Source: Dimorphilus gyrociliatus
Taxonomy: Eukaryota > Animalia > Annelida
DNA: 64,000 nucleotides
Reading direction: 5' to 3'
NCBI GenBank assembly: GCA_904063045.1
Contig: CAJFCJ010000012.1
Location: 248,001-312,000, forward strand
Shown: positions 53,598 to 64,000 of the stretch, piece after piece
Position numbering within the stretch: position 1 is the stretch's first letter
Layout of the letters: the number at the start of each line of letters is the position of its first letter
The notes under the pieces: generated by a model
What the model saw: only the letters and a program-made list of their open reading frames with translations
Databases searched by the model: none
Told to the model about the DNA's origin: nothing
Made by a program: the position numbers and the translations under genes

Positions 53598-55817
53598 ATG
53601 GGAGAGCCTACTTTACATTGTCATTGTATAGTTGAAAAGCCTCCGACACCTGAGATGAACAGTTTAGAATTAGGAATAGCAACTGCCTCCTTTTTGACTT
53701 TTGTATTAAATTCGGCTATATTTTCTTCAATTACCCTATTTTCTACACAATTCCGTCTTTTACAAGAAATACATCCCGTTGTTGTTGGTTTTTGCGCATC
53801 TTTAACTATGACTTTTGCAGCTGTTGGCGGTAAGGAAAGCAACTCAACTTACTATTTATTTTTAAATATAAAAAAAGAGATCATACGTTCTGTAAAACTA
53901 GATTCATACTTCGTGAATTTTGTATGAACGTATCATTTATTTATTTATTAATGAAGCTTTTAAAATACTAATATTTTAATTCTTTTTCAAAGGTTTAATT
54001 GGAAGTAAATTACTAGTTAAAAATGGACCAAAATCGATATCAATAGTTGGTTGTCTTATGTGCTTTGTTGGTTTAATAATCAGTTCAATTTGCAATCGAT
54101 TCTTATTAATATGCCTTACATTTGGTATAATTACTGGAATGGGTATTGGAGTTCAAATAGTTTCAAACTATATCTCAATAAGTTACGGAATAAGACAACA
54201 ATATAAAAATTCTGCACGAGTAATTTCTCTAATTGGATTATTTTTGGGTCCTATTATTTTTCTACCTATTCAAGTAAGTTTACATAATTAAGCTAATTAC
54301 AGAATAGTTAATTTTAAAATTTTTCGCTTTTAAAACATTAAAAGTGTATACTAGCATCTTTGAAAGAAGTACTTTCCATTTTTGACCTTCCCTTTTTGAC
54401 AAATTTGAAGGCTCTGTCCTCAATAGTAAGAAACTTGTGGTAATGCTTATGTAGCTTTATCTTTAATATCTATCATCATAAATTTATAAGTAAAATAATA
54501 AGATTACCAGACTTATATTAAATTTACTCTATAATAATTTGTTAAACTCTCCTTATTTGTTGCTTTTATATAAAGTCATTGGAAAAGTATTTTTCTTGCA
54601 TTTCTTTCCTGTTAAGATGTAGAAGACAACTCTATTCTATGTAAGATGTCCAAGATTCATCGCTTGACCGATCTTTATGTTAAATGAATATAAAGTCAAA
54701 GTGACAGTTGGTTGATTATTCTTTTTAAAAATTGTGACTTCGTTATTAATTATAAGCAACTTTTTTCCTACATTTGTTGTCCTTGCATATGGGTTTTTCT
54801 TCATGTCGAATAGAACCTTACAGGTTAAGCACTTTAATATATTTATATAGTTTTCTTTCCCGACAGCAATTGTTATTAGATATTTATTCTTGGCGAGGAA
54901 CGTTTCTTATATTCAGCTCAATTTCATTAAATTCGCTACCATTTGCTCTACTCTTACCCAGAAAGCTGACAATCGATGATAATGATATGCTAAATCAACC
55001 AATTAATTTATCTCCATTCTCCAAAATCCTGCCAGCCTTGGATTTTTTCACGGCAATTATGACTCACGTTGGAGCTGTAATTTACTTTTATTACTCTTAT
55101 CAGAAGGCAATTTATCTCAAAATAACATCTTCAAAAGGGAAATCTCAAACAGTTAATTAAAGTAGAATTAATTAAGAAATAAATATATTATTCAATGTTA
55201 TGTGAGAAAGTAGCTATAAAAAAGAGAACAAAAGATATTAGAAAAGTAAAACATCATTAATTTTTATATTAAATAATACTAAGGATAGGTAGTTTGTTAT
55301 TTAATCAACAACAAACTTTTAGGGAGTTGTAGCTCCGTCTTTATATAATTGGAGAATCCCTTTTGTAGCAACGATTATTTTATGCATTCAATTAGCTTTT
55401 GCCCTTCTCGCATTTTTATTTGCAAGTAAAGTTACAATTTGCCGAAAGCGTTTTGTAAAGGGCTTATCGTCATTAATATCTGGATTGATGCTACTTATAG
55501 GAGCTGCAACAAATACTTTCTATCCGATGCTTCTCTGCTCAGGAATTTTTGGGACATTTTACTCTATAGCAACAATACTGCAGTTCGATATCAGCATTAT
55601 AACATCGCTATTTTCTATTACTATGGCTTTTTTTATAGCTTTACCTCTCGCTGGAACTATTGAAACTGAGTTAAACCTTGATCGAGTTTTTCTAATATCT
55701 GGATGTACTCATTCATTCAGCGGATTAATTCAATTTCTCGTCTCAATTTTTATGACTGATAACCCAATTACAAACTTTACGAAGAGAATTAAAGACAGAG
55801 AATCCACACTAGTCTAA
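53598..55817 (+). CDS. Divergent MFS transporter, monocarboxylate transporter (SLC16)-like, about 430 aa; exons 53598-53829, 53993-54273, 54867-55151, 55323-55817
   Basis: About 12 hydrophobic segments; MCT-like LTFGIITGMGIG and LLLDIYSWRGTFLIFSSISLN motifs; exon sum 1293 nt, in frame. The exon 3 donor is weak. Confidence 0.7.
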
Positions 55818-57556
55818 ATAGAAAAGAAATGTTTAAAAAGACCTGTAAATTATACTACGATTTCCCGATGATATTGACATTAAAATGTCTAGTAAAATAA
55901 TGAATTTTTATTATTTTAATATTATTTTCTTTATTTTCGATTAAATAAAAGTTTCTACAAAGAAATAAGATTTTAAATGATTCTTTTCCTTTTCATAGTT
56001 TTGTACCGATAGGTGTCGCTGAAGAAATCCAGATCTGGAATTTACACGACTATTACTTGTAAAAGTTGTTGAGGATATAACTAGAAGCCACGCCATTCCC
56101 TATCACAATGTCTGCAGTATCTGTAAAAGGAGTTAATTTATAATAAGTAGAGCATGAATAAGCCTTTAACAGTAAGTAATGAGAAATAATAGCAAGAAGA
56201 GTTTTTGTTATATTTTATCATAAAGACCAAGAAAAAACTATATACTATATTTATATATATATATATTTATTTATACAGTATTTCTATAATAAAGAATAAT
56301 AATAAATATAATAATAAAAATTATTAAGAACCGCTGTTTTAATAACAAAGAACAGGAAGTTTAAACGGAAGCTTTTATTCATTAACCTATGCTTCTATTC
56401 GACATGTATCACTTTATACCAACTATCATTTTTTATACTTCCTATTCTATGTCTTTGTTCATTATTATTAAAAAGTAAACATTTGTTATTTATATATATG
56501 TAATATAACTTAGACTATATGGTTTAAACCACTTTTAACTTATTATTAAAATTAACATAGTAATTATTGTCTATTTTGTCACATTTATTCCGTAAAAAAA
56601 GGTTTCTTTTACTTAAAAAAAAAAGACAAATCCCCTATAAGCAGTAGGAAGGAACGGCAATGAGAATCAGTGACCAAACTCGCCTTTGTCTGTACAGTAA
56701 TTAACTACTCAATCTTTAGATGATGCTAATATACTTCTATAACTTGTAGATGCCATCTACAAGTTATAGTCATATATATATATATATATATATATATAAG
56801 CCTAATAGCGAATTTAGTCATTTATATACAAATATTATCTATTTTCCATTTCATAGTGAAAAAAAATGATGATAAAAAAGTTTCTTTTTCTTTCTTATTC
56901 TTATAAATTTCTTCTAACACTTGAATTATCTAATTTTACAATTTATATGACCTTATAATTATTAATTATTATGAAAATTTAATGCAAGCTAATGCATAGT
57001 CTTCAAAGTAAATATTAACAGTAAATAATGGGATGCATCTGTATGTTTAGCTAAATCAATTTTATAAATATTTAATTATTAACTTATTCTAATTGTTGAC
57101 AAGTTTAGTTATTAATAATAATAAGCGTATTAATATATTTTATGATTCTTAATGATTTGGCTAATTATAACAAGAAAATCTAAACTTCTAGAACGCAGAT
57201 AAATTTTCTAAATTGTGCCCGTTAGCTATGCATTAGCCTCATTTCATCGAGAGCTGAAATTGCTCTTTTATGTTTGTTTTTTAAGAAGAGAACTGAATGA
57301 ATAAAATAACTTTTACATTTAAGAATCTGTATAGATACTTTCAACTATCATTCAACATAATTACAAGCGTAAATTATATAATACAGTAGTTAATTCGATC
57401 GACTTAACTTTCGTTCCTAATTAAGTTTTTCTTTCTCTCTTTTTTTTTCAGAAAACATCTTTTTTTTGATGGAAAATGAAATAGATCTCTCTTTATTTTC
57501 GACATAAATATACATTCTGTCTTAGCCTGTCTAAACTTTAATTTATATCTTGAAGA

Positions 57557-58904
57557 ATGACGCAGGAGTGTAGCTTTTACATTAATCAGTCCAAGACAAT
57601 ATGTATTCCAATGCAGGAGGTGATGAAAGTATGCCAAGAAAACGCTAGTGAAACTGGATTTTCACTCCCTATTGATCCAACAGTGGGGTCAATTCTTCAA
57701 CTAAATTTTACTATTAGAAATTTTACGGACGGAGAAGAAGGCATAATAAGGAGAGCGAACTTCTCTAATGATGACAAAAATTATTATAGGAATTTAGAAT
57801 TGTTTATTTATAAGTATTGTCTATTTTTCATGTGTTTAGTTGGTTTAATTGGAAACGCCCTTAATTTAATAGTTTTAACAAGAGTATCCTTAAAGAGAAC
57901 TATGGATCTACTAGAAAAAGCTTCAAATGCAATATTTGTTGCAATTGCAGTTTCTGACATGAGTTTCTGCTTCTTCCTCATGTTGTACGGTTGGCTATAC
58001 TCAGTAACATTTATGCACCCAGATATTAATGTGCGATTGATTTATACAATTTATTATTATCCTTTAATTAATATATTTGCTTTCTGCTCGACTTGGTTAA
58101 CTCTTGCAGCTACAACTTCAAGGTAAGTCATTCAAAATGCATGCACTTCTTCGAATTCATTTATATATCTTTTTCAGATTTTTACTTATTGTTGATTATC
58201 CTACCGGTCTAAAAGTTTCTGGTTTAACGGCTGCAAAAATTCAAATAGTCATAATATTTCTTCTAAGTAGTGGTTCCAACTTGATTCGCTTTTGGTATCA
58301 AAAAATATCAACAATTCATTGTTATGGGAATTATTATGCCTACTATATTCAAGACAGTCTACTTAAACAAAATGAGACGTTAGATCAGATATATAGTTGG
58401 ACAATGTTTGTGTTCGGTACAATAATACCACTTCTTATGTTAATTTTCTTCACTCTATTCTTTGCATCAGGATTTAAAGTAGTTGAATTTTGCTGTAAAA
58501 CGGCTGATAATCAGATTCACGGAACAAACAATACTACTTTAACATTGGCCATTATGGTTATTTTAAATTTAATATTAGTATGTCCAGCAGAAATTGCAGC
58601 TTTTTTTAAGTATAAAGCAGTGGGTAAACGCGAAAGTACTCCCTTATATAATATCATTGTTTCCATAACAAATGTTGCCCAAGCTGGAAATTTCGCTTTA
58701 AATTTTCTTGTATATTTTGTCGCTAATCCAAATTTCAGACGGACTTTTATTCATTTAATGTGTCGGACGAGTAAAAAGAAAATAAGCAAAAGTTTTAGAA
58801 ATGTTGCCTTAAGAAATAATAATGGTAAACAAAAGAATAACTTAAAATATAACGATGCTTCAGTTAATCCTACAGAAACCATATGTTTCGAGACAGTTGT
58901 ATGA
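57557..58904 (+). CDS. Class A GPCR, FMRFamide/sex-peptide/srw receptor-like, 430 aa; intron 58123-58177
   Basis: TM1 GLIGNALNLIVL, TM2 IAVSD, TM3 STWLT..SRF, TM5 IIPLLML, TM6 LVCPAEI, TM7 NFALNFLVY..NPNFR. Several N-glycosylation sequons in the N-terminus. The 55-nt GT-AG intron restores frame between the two listed ORFs. Confidence 0.88.
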
Positions 58905-60406
58905 AATAATAATATTAAAAGAGTCTCTTCACTTGCATTGAGAGTAAAGAGAAACAAATGAAATATTAAAAGAATTGTCTTTTTTGTAGTATTTCGAAAA
59001 GCAAAAACAAAAAGAGAAGTATTTTCTTGCTGTTTTCATTTTCATTTTAAAATATACCAAGTAAAGAGATCTACAATATACTATGCTCTCTCTCTCTCTC
59101 TCTCTCATTGTCTCTTAAATATATATATTTATAGTTATTTGTCATTTTGAAGAGAATAAAATTTAGAAAATAATTAGTTAGATACAAACTTGAATTTGTG
59201 TCTGAGTACGTAGTTAAAATAATTTAAGAATATCGAAAGGTATTATCAATATATGTCTACACCTGCTTTTTTCAATAAATGTCTCTATGTTTTATATATT
59301 ATATACAGTATAACTTTATAATGTATTTGTGAAGTTTAAATTTAAAATTCTAGACTTTTTCTCTTTTCATGTATTTTTAACTTATAAATGGTTCTGTTTA
59401 ATATATAAGCAATACATTCTCTCATTTTTTATATGTCTTTATTGTCCCTCTCTTGGCTAAAACTAATCTATTAGATATGCTATATATATTCAATAAGTTG
59501 ATAAAACAACAACAAACACATAGAAAATTAACTTTATTAATAATCTATTCAAAATTTATTGAAATTATTCTGTAATTTAAAAGAATGTACAGAAACAGAA
59601 CTCTTTTCTATTCGCACTGGAAAGTGTTACAGTTATAATGAAATCTAGAAATTTTACTGTGGTAACAAAAAAATTGCATTTAATGAGTCTACAAGTTATT
59701 AAGACAAACTCTGTCTAACTGCCAGACTATAAGAAGAATATGTTTATACATTTATTTGTAATAGACTATAATAAAAGTTTCCTTTTTATACTTTGCCATT
59801 GACTAATTTAAAATGAAATAAATAAACAATTTCCTTATTTATAGAAACTTTCCACTTATATTATAAAAAATCTTCTTGTTTCCGAATTTAAGCTTCAAAT
59901 TTCCAATTTATATTTGTTTTCATTTGTCAAATAAATTAGTTAAAATACAACAATAACACCAAATTTGTGAAATTGCCAAATTATTCTTTCGCAATAAGTT
60001 TTTATAGTATCTTTTATTGTAAATATAATAAAAAACGTTTCTTTTACTTCTTCCTTTAGTTTTTAGTTGTTAAAATTGAAAAAAATGAAAATAAAGGAAA
60101 TTTTAATGAATGAGAAAAGATTTTTTACAAGAAACAAACAAAAATAATCATTTAATTACAATAGCACCTAGAGAGATATTGCATTTAGACTAAAACTTAA
60201 CGGAACTGTACTGCTTCTCAGGAGGATTTGTTGTTGTTTTATATGTATATATACAGAATATATAAATTTATAAAAAGGTGATTCAAGACTAAAAAGGTGA
60301 CTTAATAGATAGAACTAATGTATTTCTAATCCAAGATAAAATCGAGCGAATGGAACTTTGTTAAAATAATAAAAGAAATTTAAGTATTCTTGTTATTTCT
60401 TTTTGA

Positions 60407-61176
60407 TTATTCCTTCAATATTTCTTGCATAGTGATATCAAAGAGACGTTGCCTATTTATTGTATTTGGTACTAAATTTGAAGCTGACCTAGATATTTTT
60501 GTCATGTTATACGATGATAATGGTTTTAATGGCAAAATATTCTTCAATATTTTATCTACAAGATATTTAAATACTAAATTATGTAGATTATATGAATGTT
60601 TTATTAATAAATACCAACTTTTAATCTGTATTTCTTTTAACAATTCTAATTCTTCATTTGTAACATAGTCAGTACTTTTTCGTATTAATGACAAATTAGT
60701 GGGGGACTGTGAATCCTCTTCTGTTTCTTTATGGCCTCTTTCATTTTTCTTAAATAATAAACTTTTTTTTGAACTCTCAGTAGAGTTAAAAGAAAATATT
60801 TCTTTTAAAGTATTATCTAGATTACTGTCAGAAATGAAGCTGTTTTCTTTGACACTTTTATTTATTATTTGTTCATCTATGTCATCGTATATACCGGTTT
60901 CATTGACTGTATTATAAAATCTTTCAATCATATCTGTATTTGAAAGTATTGATGTTGGTGAATAGCTTTTTTTTTGACTGCTTTGCAAACATAAAATAAA
61001 TCTATATACTTCTTATACAATAATAAATGTTCTCATAACCTTGAGAAAATCTTAGAATAGGTATAATGTGTCTCTGAATTTTTTCCACTTATATTAGTAT
61101 TCCTGAGGCTACTCGATTCTGCAATCGTAGAATAAGGAATTGTGTCAGTTTCTCTCTTTAATTTTCTATAATTTCC
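60407..61176 (-). CDS. 3' exons of an unidentified protein with a Ser-rich, Tyr-motif-bearing region; 5' exons not resolved
   Basis: Exon 61176-61040 (GNYRKLKRETDTIPYSTIAES..HYTYSKIFS) splices in phase via a 59-nt GT-AG intron (61039-60981) into the 193-aa ORF. A probable in-frame 63-nt intron lies inside that ORF. No family recognised. Confidence 0.45.
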
Positions 61177-64000
61177 CTAATTTGTATGAAAATTGATGAC
61201 ATTACAAGGAAACAGCTAAAATTAAACTTAGTGTTACAAAAGAAGGTAAGATATACATATTTTTTTATCCTTGCTGGTAAATTATTCATATTTTTATAAC
61301 TCGGTAAAAGAAACATACAAATTTAAATTAAAATGACGTTTTATGACTATATTTTCATTATTTTTTAGCTAAAGAATCATCAAAGTATCTGAATGAATAT
61401 AAAATACAGCTGACACTCATTCAATGTTGCTAATTTTGGCTGATTTTATCAAATGAGTATTTCCATTTCAAAAGATTAACTTTAGTCAATTTTTTTCAAT
61501 TCACCGAACATGTATTAATGTTTTGAGGCGTGAATCTAAGATAGCGATGGATTCTTTCTTGAAATCTTGACAGTGTATATGAGTTTTTATAAAAGAATAT
61601 AAATAGTGTAAAAAATTAAAGATAGTTTGTCATTTTTCGAAAAAAATTGTATATAGAACATCTTTCGAATAAGCTATAACAAGATCATGTATGTAATACA
61701 TATGTTTTTTTTAGGCATATTGAAAATTTATAGATTGTATATATGTCAAGTTATTTCACCGCATAAAATTAGAAATTGAAAGCATTTATTCAATCTACAA
61801 TTGAGCGCTAAGTAATGCAAACAAATACTCTAATTATGCGCCAAAAAAGTCAATACTTTTACCTGGATTATTAAAGAGTTTAAAGTTTATTTTATTATCT
61901 TAAAATAATATTTAAGATTTAATTACATGATCTCTATTAACTTAATTTCCTCTTCTATATTCTACATTTCCAGCTATATACAAAAGATGAAAATGTTTAC
62001 ATTACCATGACAATAATTCAAATATGGTATTCTCTTGTTTGTGGACAATAGTTACAGAAGACAGAATATAAAATTCCAGTTCAATTAGCTGTATTTGTCA
62101 TAAATAAAATATTTTCTTTATTTGTCAGACAAAAATTTTTATGATTCAAGTTTTGCAATGTTAATTAATTCTCTTGAGAGTTGTTAATTACCAAAGAATT
62201 AATGACAGGGAATGCGTTAGATTTTGATTTACTATAGCAAGAGAATGGTGTTAAATGCATTATATGTCTCATACACAGAGAATAGAAGTTCTTTTCTACA
62301 TATTATTTCACTAAATATAGTATATTATGTGAATTATTTGTGAATTATGCATATTGTACATGGCATTATTTGTTCATTTTCACGTTGAATGTAATTTTAA
62401 CCAACTCTAATATATACTTAAATAAATTAATAATATATAGAACTGAGAGCAATTTGTGTAACAAATTGATATATTTCATTCTTTTATTTATTTTAATAAA
62501 GAGATTTTCACAATGACTTGCAAATAATGAAACTCTGAAAGAAAAATGTAAAGAAAGGGTTGATCATAGACCTAGAAAGAAAGAGATACAAAGCGTGAGA
62601 AGAGAGAGAGAGAGAGGAATAAAGATGAAAAGAGAGGCAGTGAGGTAGCGAAGGCGTGACACGGATATAAAATTTAAGCGACTAATTTAAAACACTAAAT
62701 TAGATTCGATTTAAGTTTCCCGGTAAATACAACAAAAAGTAATAAAGTAGTCCATGACGTAGAAAGCTTACGTCATTTTGCTATTCTGGATAACAAGTAG
62801 TATTATTTGATGAGAATCATTTAAAGTTATTATTTTTTCATACAAATATATCATAATTATATATATAGGGCTAATGTTTACTTATATTTTTATCAGATCA
62901 AGGCTAGATATTATCTAATTAGACCTTATTATACTCTCTCAACTTATCAAACTTTTAAAGATATATTACGAGTTTTATGAAAGTACAAATAAATATGTCA
63001 TTTAGATCTTTGTAATCTATTACCTAATTAATCTACTGGGCTTTGTTTTATTGTTTAGAGAAATTTCTTTTTATTTTTATAACTTATTTTTTAAAAAATA
63101 GATAAGAACACAAATAAATAGAAGCCACTGGACAACTTTCATATCATTCAATTTTATGCTGTTAACCAAATAGTTATATTTTCTTTTTTAGTACAACGTC
63201 AACAGTAACTAATTGAATACGAAGTACGAAAAAGAGACAAAAGAAAACAAAAATCTTACTTAATTGTTACAGCTGCTACTGAAACAATTGTGATCTGTTG
63301 CTTTGCTAAATACTTATTCATTCAGTAATAGGCAAATCATTTAAAGAGAAGCTAAAAGTTAATACCTGTAAAAAAAAAAGCTTGAATATTTTCAAGACTC
63401 ATCTCTTTTTGAAGGTAAGAAGTCAAAAGAAAAAAAAAACAAGTTATACATAATATTTAAATTATAACAATTATAATAATAATAGATAATTATATTAATT
63501 ATTAATTATAATAATAGATAATATATGTATATTATATATTTAACTAGTTGATTTTTAGATTATCAGAATGAAAATAAAAGATTATTAGTATCTTTTCTTA
63601 CCTCTAAAAAATTTTTAGAGTATAAACGAAATAAGATAGAATTATTGAAAATAGAGATTGGAACAATGTTGATTTGCATGGAAATAGGGTAACTGAAATA
63701 TTCTGATAATTATTATGGTTTCTCTATATTACTTTTATACTTTCCATCAAAGAAATATCCATAGGCTTATGTTAAAAAATAGTACTTCAAGATTAAATTG
63801 TATATATATAAGCTATAGAGAAAATTCTGAAGTATTTACCACAAAAGTGTAATCTTTAACGAGATGCGTAAATTGAAATAGATTAAGTGCTTCTTTGTTT
63901 ACGATCTTTCACAGTGTTATTTTATTCTCCTACTGTTTAAACCTGATCTTAGAACGGATATCTACTTTCTACCTTAATAAAAACAAAATATATTAGTCAT

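Overview
This is AT-rich (roughly 25-30% GC by eye) eukaryotic, metazoan genomic DNA with mostly very short (about 55-90 nt) spliceosomal introns. It fits a compact-genome spiralian such as the annelid Dimorphilus, but that is inference only. Genes assembled by hand across splice sites, in order: ACADL-type acyl-CoA dehydrogenase (+, 5' truncated); CSPP1-like ciliary repeat protein (+); divergent non-alpha nicotinic-type Cys-loop subunit (-); GT31 beta-1,3-galactosyltransferase (+); SLC6 amino-acid transporter (+); KLF6/7 (luna) transcription factor (-); RING-BB-CC-NHL TRIM (+); DH-PH RhoGEF (+); a 92-aa acidic RVxF-motif ORF (+); divergent MCT-like MFS transporter (+); FMRFamide/srw-type GPCR (+); and a partly resolved Tyr-motif protein (-). 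The apparent 24-37 kb gene desert is the 13.3-kb first intron of KLF6/7, whose exons 1 and 3 are missing from the ORF track. No rRNA, tRNA, CRISPR or intact mobile element could be supported. The most interesting points are the unusual channel pore (9' Ser, -2' Pro, -1' Asp), the giant KLF intron, the candidate PP1-docking microprotein, the repeat architecture of the ciliary protein with an RFX/Fox promoter, and a candidate alternative last exon plus a GC-AG intron in the SLC6 gene. No single new multi-gene system is demonstrated.
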